DNA of 64,000 nt from Basidiobolus meristosporus CBS 931.73 (lineage: Eukaryota; Fungi; Basidiobolomycota): assembly GCA_002104905.1 (NCBI GenBank), contig MCFE01000022.1, forward strand, positions 1 through 64,000, in the 5' to 3' direction. Positions 12,701 through 24,996 of this stretch are shown here, one piece after another; position 1 is the stretch's first letter, and each line of letters begins with the position of its first letter. Under the pieces are notes generated by a model, which did not search any database, was not told the origin of the DNA, and saw nothing but the letters and a program-made list of their open reading frames with translations. The translations under genes and the position numbers were made by a program.

Positions 12701-15700
12701 TGGTGACCATTCAACACGAGACTTCAGTCGATGTAACAATCACTGAACCGACTGTTACTGTAACTAAACCCACAGTAGCTTATACGCACTCGATTACGTC
12801 CGAAGAACTCAAGAAGGTGACTATTCGACACCGTAAGTCGATTGATGTTACCGTGACTGAGTCAACTCTGACATACATACATTCGGTAACCGAAAAACCT
12901 CCTAGAAAAGTGACGATTCAACCGGATACTTCAGCCGACGTGACAGTTACCGAACCAACTCTCACAGTAACTATACCTACGATAACCTTCAACTACTCAG
13001 TTACAAAGGGGGTTTCAAAAGAAGTCACAATTCAACATGAAACAATTGTAGAAACCACTGTTGCTAAGCTAACAGTAACTATCCCTAAGCCAACAGTAAC
13101 CTATAGGCACTATGTAACTGAAAGGTCACTGAACGAGCTGACCACCCGACACAAGTTTTCAGGCAGTTTAACAATTACCAAGCCTACAGTAACCTATAAG
13201 CACTCTGACAAGAAGGATATCTCAAAGCAGGCGACCATTCAGCGGCTTAAATCCATTGATACAACTGTAACTGAACTTACAGCAACCATCACAGAACCAA
13301 CAGTAACCTATAAGAATACTAATACCGAAAAAAAGTCCAGCAACGTAACAATCCGACGTAGAACTTCAGTCGATATAACAATCGTGGAACCGACAGTGAC
13401 TATAACGGAATACGGGGGCTCAGTCCGTACTATTGTTGACCGAACTATCACCGTTCAGCCTACTGTTTCTGTCCAAAGTACTACTCACACCGTTACCATT
13501 ACCAAGACTGATGGCAAGATTCACACTATCGTTGATGGCACCGTCACTGCGCATCCTTCTGTTTCTGTTGAGAGCAGTGCTCGCACCGTTGCCGCTACCG
13601 AGACTGATGGCAAGATTCACACTGTCGTTGATGGCACTATCACTGTGCATCCTACTGTTGCTGTCGAAAGCAGTGCTCGCATCGTTACCATTACCGAGAC
13701 TGATGGCAAGGTTCACACTATCGTTGATGGCACCGTCACTGCGCATCCTTCTGTTTCTGTCGAGAGCAGTGCTCGCACCGTTGCCGCTACCGAGACTGAT
13801 GGCAAGATTCACACTGTCGTTGATGGCACTATCACTGTGCATCCTACTGTTGCTGTCGAAAGCAGTGCTCGCATCGTTACCATTACCGAGACTGATGGCA
13901 AGGTTCACACTATCGTTGATGGCACCGTCACTGCGCATCCTTCTGTTTCTGTCGAGAGCAGTGCTCGCACCGTTGCCGTTACCAAGACTGATGGCAAGAT
14001 TCACACTGTCGTTGACCGCACTGTCACTATTCAGCCCACTGTTTCTGTCGAAAGCGTTGCTCACGTTGCTATGATTACCGAGACTGATGGCAAGATTCAC
14101 ACTGTCGTTGATGGCACTATCACTGTGCATCCTACAGTTGCTGTCGAAAACAGTGCTCGCACCGTTACCATTACCGAGACTGATGGCAAGGTTCACACTG
14201 TCATTGACCGCACTGTCACTGTTCAGCCCACCGTTTCTGTCGAAAGTGGTTCTCACATTGTTACGATTACTGAGACCGATGGCAAGATTCACACTGTCAC
14301 TGTGCAACCTACTGTTTCTGTCGAAAGCAGTGCTCGCACCGTTACGATTACCGAGACTGATGGCAAGATTCACACTGTTGTTGATGGCACTATTACTGTG
14401 CATCCTACTGTTTCTGTCGATAGTGGTGTTCACATTGTTACAAGTACCGAGACTGATGACAATGTTCACACTGTCATTGGCCGCACTACCACCGTTCAGC
14501 CCACTGCTTCTGTCGAAAGTGGTGCTCACATCAATACCATTACTGAGACTGATGGCAAGATTCATACTGTCGTTGGCCGCACTGCTACTGTTCAGCCCAC
14601 CGTTTCTGTCGAAAGCGGTGCTCACACTGTTTTCATTACCGAGACTGATGGCAAGGTTCACACTGTCATTGACCGCACTGTCACTGTTCAGCCTACTGTT
14701 TCTGTCGAAAGTGGTACTCACATTGTTACGATTACCGAGACTGATGGCAAGATTCACACTGTCATTGACCGCACTGTTACTGTGCAACCTACTGTTTCTG
14801 TTGAGAGCAGTGCTCGCACCGTCACCATTACCGAGACTGATGGCAAGATTCACACTATCGTTGATAGCACCGTCACTGTGCATCCTTCTGTTTCTGTCGA
14901 GAGCAGTGCTCGCACCGTTGCCGTTACCAAGACTGATGGCAAGGTTCACACTGTCATTGACCGTACTATCACCGTTCAGCCCACTGTTTCCGTCGAAAGC
15001 GGTGCTCGCACCGTTATTATTACTGAGACTGATGGAAAGGGTCACACTGTCGCTGATCGTACTGTCATCGTGCAGCCTGCTGTTTCTGTCGAGAGCGGTG
15101 CTCACACCGTTTCCATTACCGGAACTTATGGTAAGGTTCACACTGTCGTTGACCGCACTGTCACTGTGCAGTCTACTGTTTCCGTCGAAAGCAGTGCTCG
15201 CACGGTAATCACAACCGAAATTGATGGAAAGGTTGTTGACCGCAATGCCACTGTTGAGCCCACAATGTCAATTGAAAGCGGCGATCGCACTGTTACTGTT
15301 ACTGAGACAGTTGGCAAGGCTCACACTGATCGTACCGTTACTGTTCAGCCTACTATGTCTATTGAAAAGGGCACTAGTTCTGTTACTATTACTGCGGCTG
15401 ATGGCATAGCACCTACTGCGATTGACCGCAGTGTGACTCTCAGGCCTATGTCTGTCGAATGTGGCGCTCGCACTGTTACTGTTACTGTTATTGAGACTGA
15501 TGTCAAGACTCTCACTATCGCTGATCAACCCTACGTATCCATGGAAACTGGAGCCTACACCGTCACTATTACTGAGACTAATGGCAAGGCTCGCGCTGTC
15601 ATTGTGCAGCCCACTGTATCAGTCGAAAGCGCTCTCTGTACTGTTACCGTTACCGAGACTGATGGTAATGGTCAAACTGTCAATGACCGCACTATTAGTA

Positions 15701-16517
15701 TCGAACCCACGGCTTCTGCTGAAGCAGGTGCTCCCAATGTAACTGTCACTGATATTGATGATGAGATTCACACCGTCATTGTGCAGCCTACTGCTTCATT
15801 TGGAAGTGGTGCGCGCATTGTTACTGTAACAGAGGCCAACGGCAATCTTCATACTATTATTGACCGCACCGTCACTGTCCAACCTACTATTTCTGTCGGA
15901 AGTGGTGCTTATACCTTTAGTGTTACCGACACTAACGGCAAGACTCACGCTGTTATTGACCGCACTGCTACTGCACAGTCTACTGTATCGGCTGGAAGCG
16001 GTGTTCATTCTGTTGCTGTTACCGAAACTAATGGCAATGCTCGTGACGTTACCGCTCAGCCTACTATTTCCATAAAAGGAGGTGCTCATGCAGTTTCCAG
16101 AGTTACTACCAAATCTGCCACGACAAGCGGTAAGCACATTTTACAAGGCTCAATCCTCACAGCCCTCTGACATAATAATTATTCTTAGATCTCCCAGTTT
16201 CCTCCGATACCACATGTGCTCCTGGATGTGCTACTACTACTCTGGCTGTTTCTGTAACTGATATCAATCCGGTTACAGTTACGGCTATTCAAACTGTTAC
16301 TTTACACAACGTTCATACCGTCACTGTTACCCGGGCTGAGAAACAAGTGAAGACCACTCAACGTGGGGTGTGCACCGATGGCCAATATAGTTGTCTAGAA
16401 TCTGGTACTTCACCAGTCTTTTTCGTCTGCGTCAATGGACGTCTGATTCAGAACCATTGTGCTAGTGACACAGTTTGCAAAACTCTTGGTCAATCTATTA
16501 TTTGTGACTGGGAATGA
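3756..16517 (+). CDS. Giant (~4,200 aa) secreted repeat protein with eight CBM19-like chitin-binding Cys modules; five single-base indels in this sequence
   Basis: Signal peptide MLLNVLFILLLIANQLGFTYP. In-frame introns 5001-5059 and 16130-16188 join ORFs 3756, 5036, 9070 and a last exon ending CTDGQYSCLESGTSPVFFVCVNGRLIQNHCASDTVCKTLGQSIICDWE* (TGA 16515-16517). Seven more C-x(n)-C-x-NG-x6-C-x2-G-x2-C modules lie in 3920-5630. Frame breaks at about 7672, 7920, 7943, 8028 and 8963. AATAAA at about 16629. Confidence 0.85.
5680..12065 (+). repeat. Coding His/Ser/Lys/Glu/Thr-rich repeats (HEKSKEPVKPTSSEAQEKST type, then HSSEHHRTDSKETxKP type)
   Basis: Recurrent catacttccag/gagaagtca motifs every ~55-60 nt. 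Long near-exact internal duplications: 7690-7860 with 9220-9390, and 7530-7660 with 8790-8920 and 9460-9600. Confidence 0.9.
12148..16060 (+). repeat. Coding Thr/Val repeats: a 76-aa (228-bp) VTITEPTVT unit, then a 32-aa (96-bp) TVTITETDGKIHTVVDGTITVHPTVSVESSAR unit
   Basis: gatacttcaatgga recurs at 12148, 12376 and 12604 (228-bp period). actgatggcaag recurs at ~96-bp spacing from ~13507, with a 192-bp higher-order unit. Confidence 0.9.
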
Positions 16518-16749
16518 TTCCCATAAACGTTTAGTCAACGTTTGTTCGTACCCTACAAATAGACTGCCAACCTGGTTGACAATTCAGCTATTCAATAGCC
16601 AATAGACCGAAAACCTATTCTTTATTAAATAAACTGAAGCCGTATGAATTTTCTTCACACTACAAAGTAATTGCATAGTATATCTAGACAATTGGGGCAT
16701 TGGAATCCTAAACACAAGCCTGTTGCACAATTTCTTATTCTATCACAGA

Positions 16750-18570
16750 TATATTACTAATGGTTATAAATGGAAAACCACCTAACTCTTGGGCCAATGT
16801 CCTCTATATGGAGTAAACAATTCTAATACTCAAATTCAGCAGAAGTATCTATTGGGATGCATATGGCTGAAATCATGCAGCTTTCTGCACAGAGCTCTGG
16901 ACCTCCAACTACGGCTTTTTAAGGAATGCTCAGCAGCGTGCGTTGGTGGCACCGGTGGCTGTGGGCATTTGCTTTGCTGCCCTGAGTATAGAAGTAGCAT
17001 GCTTGGAATCAATATCGCTTTTGGTTGCCATTCTGTGGGTGCTATTTGTGGTAGGTCCAGGGGTAATTGAAGTATATATTGAGGGTGCAGGTGGCTGTGA
17101 GAAATCACTCTGCTGGCCTGAATGCGTGGGTGCCACTAAATAGCAGACACACCTCAATCCAAGTATGCACTAACCTATACAAGTCCCTTCACTATATATT
17201 AACAATGGTCCCAACACTACACTCTACAAATATAATCATTAACATGCACCATTCAACAAGTGTTGTCACCTTAACATCCTTCATGCATCCCTTTGATGAT
17301 AACCTTTTGGATCTATACCATTGTGAGCTCACAGGTTCCCATATATTCTGGTCTTCTGCCAGCAGAGCAAAGTCTAGCACTTTATCTGCCTGTCATTGCA
17401 ATAAGTTCACTTTCTTTGATACTGTACTTGAAAAAGTGTGGCAGCCTCTTGGTATGCAAACTCCTGTTTTAAGATCTCACCACCAATTTTGATCAATGTT
17501 AGACATCTTGACATTAGTACTTTCCTCATCAGTGGGATTTTCACTCTGCTTGCATTGGAGGATGTGGAGGATGTGTGACAAGAAGTGCCTCTCTCTAAAA
17601 GCCATCAGCCTCTTTGAAGAACTCTTTCACTGGCTGCACTTTGGTCACTTGTGAAAACAGCAATTGTCTAGTTGGTAGTTGCTCCTGGCTATTATGAGAC
17701 TCAGACTGACCTTGGCTGACAGCACTAGTTGCTACAAATTGCAGCTTTTGTCTTATGTTTTTCTGTCATTGCTTTTGGTGAACTCTCTTTCAATTGCTTT
17801 TACCTCTACTACTGCCAGGACCTTCACTGCTAATCAGACATTGTGACTCTTGTTTTAGACTGTTTACTCCTTGATATATTGTAGCTAAGCCGTGGTTTCT
17901 GGCTGCTTTTCTCTTGCTAGCACTCTTCCCACCACCTGACACTTCCTTGCTTTTTGCTTAGAGCTCTCTGCATTAAGTGTGATAGGTTCTTGAGGTACCT
18001 ACTACTTTCCTGCTGTGGTACTCTTTCTCATGTGTTTCTCATAGCTTCAAGTATGCTTAAATACATCTGAGCTCACTGATAATGTCCTAAAATCTACTTG
18101 CTTGTTTTAGTGCAGGATGTTGCAGATGGAACAGACCATGTACAGCCTGCCAGGCTTTTAGTTCATGAGGGCCCCAAGGTGTACTGGCTTCTGGATGATT
18201 GTACACTAGAGTGCTAATGGTTTCTTGCATGTTAGCCCACCCATCATCACTGCACTCAAGAGCATCTTCAGTCTTCATGTTCCCTGGTTCTTGGGCTGTA
18301 GTATATGTTGAAGTCTCTCCCATCCATGCTTTTTTAGGTATTCCTGTAGGCTTAATTATTGGATACTATTATTGTATCTCACAATCTGCACACTGCTCCC
18401 ATGTAGTCATATTGTGCTATGGCTTAATCCTGGTCTGTTTTGTGGAGCTGATTAAATTTCTTGGTTGCATCAATGACATTGAATTTTCTACTAGGGATAT
18501 TGATTGCTCTCTGTGCATTATCAACCCATCCTGTCTCTTTAGTAATTTCTGCCTCTTTAGACTGTTATAT
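16750..18570. mobile_element. Highly degenerate transposon-derived sequence, family not determinable
   Basis: Stop-riddled in all frames. CpG nearly absent from ~17130 onward. Contiguous with recognisable LTR relics. Only a weak gag-like impression on the minus strand. Confidence 0.3.
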
Positions 18571-18571
18571 C

Positions 18572-19890
18572 TATTGTGAATTTTTTAATTACACCTATAT
18601 ACTCATTGAGCTTAGTCACTTAGATCTTGTCTACAAATCTTGGAAAACTTGGATCAAATTCCTTATTGGAATTTACTTGGAGTACTTTTACCAAATCATC
18701 AAGTACCCAGAGCATAAATTTTTCAAAGTTGTCCAAACAGCCTCCAACTTGACACACATACTGTTGTGACCTTCCTCAAAATATTTTATGTGTTTTTTCT
18801 GCCAAATCTATGCCAAGATATGAATACTGCTTTACATTCAGTATATAATCAAGTGAAAACAGCATTGTCTCTTTCTCCTCCCAGTCACTTCCTATATCTC
18901 CAAGCTCTTATAGCATGTAATGAGCCCCTTGCTGTCTCTCTCTGCAATGGCTAATACTGTTAGTACTGGAATCTTTCCCTCCATTCAAAAGTTGGATTGA
19001 TCAAACTACAAAGTTCAGAAGGTGAAGATGAAGATGTTGCTGCAGGAAAGAAGCCTTTAGTATATTGTCATGAGAGAATAATCCCCCCCCCCTCAAGCAA
19101 CAGGTGAAGAAATCTTAAAGTACCCAAAGAAAGAAGAAATTTCCTTTATTGCATTTGCATTAATGGTAAAGACAACTTGCTGATTCAATGTTGTAGAACA
19201 AAAATGGTAAAAAATGCTGGGAAGACACCTCTCAGTCATTTTCAGTGTCTAAGAAGATGTATATTATACAGAATCTCTTAGTACACAGATTTTCCTAGGA
19301 GAAGAAATGAAAATCTAATTAACCAGATACCTCTGTTAGTAGATGAGATGAATCAGCAAGTATACACACCACTTATGAAGATGTGACAGTTACTCTCTTG
19401 TATAGCCTGAAAGACAAGCATCAGGGCCTTGTATCTGCCTTAGGGTCCAGTAGTGCAGATCTGAGCTTATGTCACATATATGGAAGGCTACTAGCTGAAG
19501 AATTAAGAAATTGAAGCACCCATTTAAAGGAAACAGAAAATGCCTTGTGAGCAATGCTAACCACCAAATAAGGTAGCCAAGACCCTCTAAAGCCAACATC
19601 AATCTTTCTTACAGCTACTGAAAATGGAAAGGGCTCACATCAGAGCAGTGCATAAAATGACAGCTAATGTGCAAAAAAGTTTAAATATAGAATTGCTGCA
19701 ACCACTAAAGATAAAATATTTGCATCTGCACCTAATATGACCCTAAACAGGAATTCTTGGATGTGGTACATTACTTCTGGAGCATCTCAACACCTTATGC
19801 ACCAAAAGAACTTTTACCTAATTTGAAAAAATACCAATCAAGAAAGTTTTTATGGGAAGCAACAAAATACTTGATGCAGTTTAATAGGCA
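18572..19890 (+). mobile_element. Older Ty1/copia relic: 5' LTR (18572-18915), PBS, decayed gag and protease
   Basis: 18572-18915 is a diverged copy of the LTR at 21112-21443. It is followed by tgtaatgagccc (PBS variant) and a leader matching 21444-21520. WYITSGASQHLM at ~19765 matches the copia protease W-x-x-DSGAS-x-HM motif with the catalytic Asp lost. Confidence 0.7.
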
Positions 19891-19891
19891 G

Positions 19892-20298
19892 TGTTGTGCA
19901 TCAACATTTAAAACTTAGCCAATTTTACTCCGTTTGAAAATCTAGTACCCTAACTGCTTTTCCTAACCCAAACATAACAAATCCCAGTTACAGTTTATTT
20001 TATCCCACCTCAGAGTCTATTTTTAGCTATCACACCTGATCTATTTTCAAATGGTCATTACGTTATCAACCTATCTGCCAAGCCTTCCCAGGTGATTAGT
20101 CATCTGAGATCTATCCAACCACTGTGCAGTTGCCAAGACATCAGTTGGTTGATGATGTAATTTTCATTTATCTTATGCACCTATGAACACCTGAATTGAT
20201 TTCAATCAATCCAGTCCCTTGGTGCTTACTAATTCAACTTGATCAGAAAAGTATAAATAAAGTTTACTGAACCTTTTGGTTTAGTGTGTGTCTCAACA
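19892..20298 (+). mobile_element. LTR-like repeat (family B), TGTTG...CAACA
   Basis: Starts TGTTG at 19892. gtataaataaag at ~20251. CAACA ends at 20298. 19892-20235 matches 391-730 in reverse. No TSD recognised, so the right end is uncertain. Confidence 0.6.
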
Positions 20299-20799
20299 AA
20301 ATTAAGATTCTGTCTCAGCAAAAATAAGAATCCAACAATTCAGTTCTAGTTTCTATCCAAGCCTAGTATATCTAGCACTCCAAAGAACACCAAGCCTAGC
20401 CTGCCTAGCAAACAAATATCATTGTCTTTATAGCCAACCCAGCTATATCCAAGACCAATATTAGATCAGAATCTTTCTGCTAATATTTCCACCACTCTGA
20501 CAATTCTAAGATTCTGCACTTAATTGTCCCTTTGGTTCAGTTAAGCCATTCAAGAGCTTTATTACACTTTCTCTTGGATACAACAGGCAGCTATCCAAGT
20601 AAACCTTATAAGTAATGAAGGAAGCAACATGCTTACCTTCAAAAAAGTACTCTATCTACCAGAAATAGGCAGAAACCTATAATCAGTATACAAGGCCACT
20701 GCAGAAGGATTTAGTTACAGTTTGATAGCTCTGCATGCAGGATCACTGATCAAAATAGCACCCATATTGCCCCAGGTAGAAGAGATGAGAATCTATTCA

Positions 20800-21111
20800 A
20801 TCTAACTCATATTCCATCATAGGAGGAAGCCAATGTAAGTAACTTAAATGAAGAGACATCAATGCTTTGGCACCGGAGACTTGGACATATCAATTTGGTT
20901 ATTTGAGCAAAATGATCAAAAATTGACTAATTTACTGAATACATGGATATCCCAGCTAATATGGGGCACTGTGAAGCCTGCATATATGGGAAATAAGCCA
21001 GATAACCATTCAAGAGCTTGGGGCCAATCAAAACTAAGAGAAAGTCAGGTCTAATCTACTAAGATCTATGTGGACCTATGCAAGATTTGTCCTCAAGTGC
21101 AAAGCAATTAC
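20800..21111 (+). pseudogene. Possible Ty3/gypsy gag relic into which the copia element inserted
   Basis: FGTGDLDISIWLFEQ resembles the gypsy capsid F-x-G-x(3)-D-V-x-x-W-L motif. The surrounding frames are broken. Confidence 0.3.
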
Positions 21112-21443
21112 TGTAGTAAAAGTTTGTAATTCAACCTAAATACTCACCTAACTCAGTCACTTAGATCATTACCTACAAAATCCTAGTGAATACTGACCAA
21201 ATTCCTTGTCAGGATTTACTTAGAATATTTACCCAGAACATGAAAATTCTCAAAGTTGTCCAAAAGCCCCAAACTTTGTACACATGTTCGTGGGACCTCC
21301 CTTAACCTATTCTATGTGCTTGTTATGCCAAGACCAGGTAAAAGCATAAATACTACTTTTACATTCACTACATCATTAGGTGAAAGCCACTTAATCTACT
21401 TGTTCTCCCAATCACTTCCAATATCTCCAAGACTCCTACAACA
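21112..21443 (+). repeat. 5' LTR of the copia element
   Basis: Aligns with 24665-24996, roughly 89% by hand count. Followed by the PBS. Confidence 0.92.
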
Positions 21444-22222
21444 GGTTATGAGCCCAAAGCTGTCACTCTTTGCAATGTCTACTACTGCTATTACTGGAAT
21501 CTTTTCCTCTGCTGAAAAGGCCACAGCAGAGGCACTCAGTTTCAGCTTTGACAATTCTGGATATAGGATCACTGATCCAAATGGTGCTCATATTGCTTTG
21601 GGTATCAGAGATGAGAGCCTATACTGGTTGACTTATATTCCAACATATCTGGAAGCCAACATAAGTAACTTCAATGAAGAAACACTAATGCTTTGGCACA
21701 GGAGATTTGGACACCTCAATTTTGATTATTTGTGCAAAATGATCAAAGATCAGCTAATTTCTGGAGTAAAAATTGATTCCCCAGCTAATTTGAAGCACTG
21801 TGAAGCCTGCATATATGGGAACCAAGCCAGACAACTGTTCAAGAGCTCTGGGTTAATCAAAACTAGCAAAAAAATCAAGAAAGTATGCTCTGGCAATGGG
21901 GGAAAATATACCTCAAAACTCTTCATCCACTTCTGCAAAATTCATGGGATAAAGCAAGAGATTACTGTACAATACTCTGCATTGCAAAATGGAGTGGCAG
22001 AATATCCAAACAGATCAATAATGGATATGGCAAGATCTATGATCCATGATCAAATATTATCATTTGATTTTTGGGCAGAATTGGTTGCTGCAGCTGTATA
22101 TCTCAAAAATAGGAGTGACAGCAGAATACTCTGAGATTCCACTCCATTTGAAGCATGGTATGGATACAGATCAAGTGCAGAACATCTAAGAAAATTTAGG
22201 TGTACAGCATTTGCCAAGAAAC

Positions 22223-22743
22223 TGTTATGAATAGACACAAGGCAGGAGGAAAAGCTAGGCACGGCAGGAAAGGACTTAGGTGTGGACCATCAAGGCAAGG
22301 CAGGATTCAAGGCAAGGCTGTTTATTCAAGACCTGTGTTTATCAGACTGAGGAATACTTAAGGGGGGATAGGACTATATATACTTTTTGGCTATACTGAT
22401 GCCAAGAGATATTAGCTAATACTAATGGGGTTGTGGGGTGAGGCACAGCAATGGTGCTGGGGGTAATGACATAGATGACACGGCACTGAGACAGGATGGG
22501 GAAATGGATTGGGTCACCTGATCATGTGACTAAGTCATGTGACCTGGTATTTCCATATATGGTACTGGACTATAAAAAATACGATGGAAAGCTTCCATGG
22601 AATGTTCCATTGTGTAACAATGGTTTGGAATGTTCAGGAACTTTCTGGAAGGTGGTAGAAGGTTCCAGAAGGAATCTCTTAGAAATTGAGCTAGGAAGCT
22701 GAAACTTGGCATGGGTGTTCATGGTTGTCATGTGATCATGACA
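22223..22743 (-). mobile_element. 521-bp solo LTR of another family, inserted in the copia pol region
   Basis: Termini TGTTATGA...TCATGACA. Perfect 5-bp TSD GAAAC (22218-22222 and 22744-22748). Removing it restores CTAFAKKLSRNQSNFEPKSVKCVFLGY, the copia post-integrase motif. TATA then AATAAA order indicates the minus strand. Confidence 0.92.
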
Positions 22744-24664
22744 GAAACTGTCCAGAAATCAATCAAATTTTGAGCCAAAAAGTGTAAAATGCGTATTTTT
22801 GGGCTACTGCAATGAGAGTAAGGCATACAGAATTTGCAATACTAAAGCAAAGAAGCTGATCAAGTTCCAGGATGTGTTGTTTGATGAAAATTCAAAATTT
22901 TCACAAAAATGACATCAAGTGATGACTAAAATCTGATCTTACACTTTAGAGGACTCCACAACTGTGGTTTAGCCTGAATCAGTGCCCAGGAATATCCCAG
23001 AAGTGATCATTCTAGTATCAAATGCCACGAGATCCAACCAGACAAGAAATAGCCCAAATTACTACATCAATGAGGGTACAAACATAGCCTATGCCTATTC
23101 AGTTCATATTGATGAACCCCAGACTGTAAAAGAGACCCTAAGTAGCCCTCAGACAAAGTTTTGGAGATCTGCAATGACCAAGGAGTATCAGGCCCTGATG
23201 GAAAATCAAACTTGGGACTTAATTGTATTACTAATCAACCAAAAGTTAATTAGATGCAGATGGGTCTTTAGACAAAATACAAGGCTGATGGTACAGCTGA
23301 AAAACACAAAGCAATACTTGTGTTCAAAGGATACTCTCAAACAGAAGTACTTGACTATACTGAGACCTTTGCACTGGTAGCCAAGTTTAATTCCATCAGA
23401 TTAATATTGGCTATTGCAGCCAAATATAAGTTTCTTTTACTTCAAATGGATGTAAAAGCTGCATTGTTGAATGAAGAACTTGATGAGGGCATGTATATGG
23501 ACCACCCTAATGGGTTTGGTGACCAAGATAACCCCAATTTGGTCTGCAAGCTTAAAAAATCCCTAAATGGATGCAAAAAATCACCAGGAGCCTGGAAGTT
23601 TTGAAAGGAGTAATGCTGACTATAGTATATACCATAAGCCTGATAGAGCAAGTCCAGTTCTATTAGCCCTTTATGTGGATGATCTTATTATAGCCACCAA
23701 TAACCTTGATACATTGGAAGAGACTAAATCCAGCCTATTTAAGGAGTTCAAGATGTCCAATCTAGGAGAACTCAGTTCTTACTTAGGGATAAAGTTCTCT
23801 ATAGATAGAAGTACCCAGACTATCACTCTAAGCCAGTCCAAGTATACTCAAGAAATACTAAAGAAGCACCAAATGGAAGACTGTAAACTGGCAGCTACCC
23901 CAATGGAGACAAACCTTAACTTGGTGTAAACTCTACCAAATCAAGAGAGCTTGGTTCCATCTGAGAGCCCTAATTTTCCTTATCAATCTATGATTGACAG
24001 TCTGAAGTATATCATGCTTGGAACATGTCCAGATATCTCATATTCAGTGGGAGTTGTCAGTCAACATAATCAGAATTATGGATCTGATCATATTGCAGCA
24101 GTTAAGCAGATTTTTAGATACCTAAAAGGAACTGCTGATATCTGCTTAAGGTACACCTATATAGATTCAGAACAGGATTTGTGGGATACTCTGATGCTGA
24201 TTGGGGACAAAATTTAGAAGACAGAAGATCCACCACAGGATACACCTTTCTTTGCTGTAAAGGAGCAGTTTCATGGAATTCAAAAAAGCAACCAACCATA
24301 GCTCTTTTCACCACAGAAGCAGAGTATATGGGAGCCTGTGAGACTACAAAAAAAGCAATGTGGTTAAGGAAGCTTTTTCAAGACTTTGGCTTTTGTCAAA
24401 AAAATGCCTATCACTTTATTTCAGGATAATCACAGATGTATACAATTAGGTAGAAATCCAACTTTTCATGCCAGAACTAAGCTCATATATTATAAGACAT
24501 CATCTCATATGTGAAGCTAAAGAGAATAACTTAGGTAGCTTAGTTTACTGTCCTACAGATGAAATGATTGCAGACATATTTACTAAACCATGAACTAGAG
24601 ACAAATTTGAATATCTTAGGCCAAAATTAGGACTAGTCACTATGAGCATTTAGTTGAGTGGGAG

Positions 24665-24996
24665 TGTTGTAAAATTTGTGATCCCACCTAAATATTCACC
24701 TAACTTGGTCACTTAGATCATTACCTACAAAATCCTAGTGAATACTGACCAAATTCCTTGTCAGGATTTACTTAGAGTATTTACCCAGAACATGAAAATT
24801 CTCAAAGTTGCCCAAACAGCCCCAAACTTTGCACACATGCTCTTGGAGCCTTCCTAAGCCTACTCTACATGTTTGCTATGCCAAGACCATGTAAAAGTAT
24901 AAATACTACTTTCACATTCAATAAATCCTTAAGTGAAAACCACATAATCTACTTGTTCTCCCAATCACTTCCAATATCTCCAAGACTCTGTCAACA
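24665..24996 (+). repeat. 3' LTR of the copia element
   Basis: Preceded by a polypurine tract. TGTTG...CAACA termini. Confidence 0.92.

Larger units (their letters stand above)
21112..24996 (+). mobile_element. Ty1/copia LTR retrotransposon, internally deleted and frameshifted
   Basis: 332-bp LTRs at 21112-21443 (TGTAG...CAACA) and 24665-24996 (TGTTG...CAACA). PBS ggttatgagccc 21444-21455. PPT gagtgggag just before 24665. Copia domain order: GAG-pre-integrase (LWHRRFGHLN, CEAC), integrase (QNGVAE, FWAE), RT (QMDVKAA, LYVDDL), RNase H (YSDADW, DRRSTTGY, TEAEY). Flanks attac/gttat are a possible mutated TSD. gag and protease are deleted. Confidence 0.95.

Noticed and set aside
13420-15208. 573-aa minus-strand Asn/Ser ORF and Leu-rich alternate-frame ORFs
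   Set aside because: These are shadows of the Thr/Val repeat codons of the giant gene and have no independent signals.
13430-16060. TxT motifs as an ice-nucleation or antifreeze protein
   Set aside because: It lacks the Gly/Ala/Ser-rich 16-aa InaZ register or the Cys-laced 12-aa register. TxT is expected in any Thr/Val beta repeat.
21256-22134. 292-aa ORF as an active integrase
   Set aside because: It starts inside the LTR, lacks gag and protease and part of the DDE core, and downstream pol is frameshifted and interrupted.
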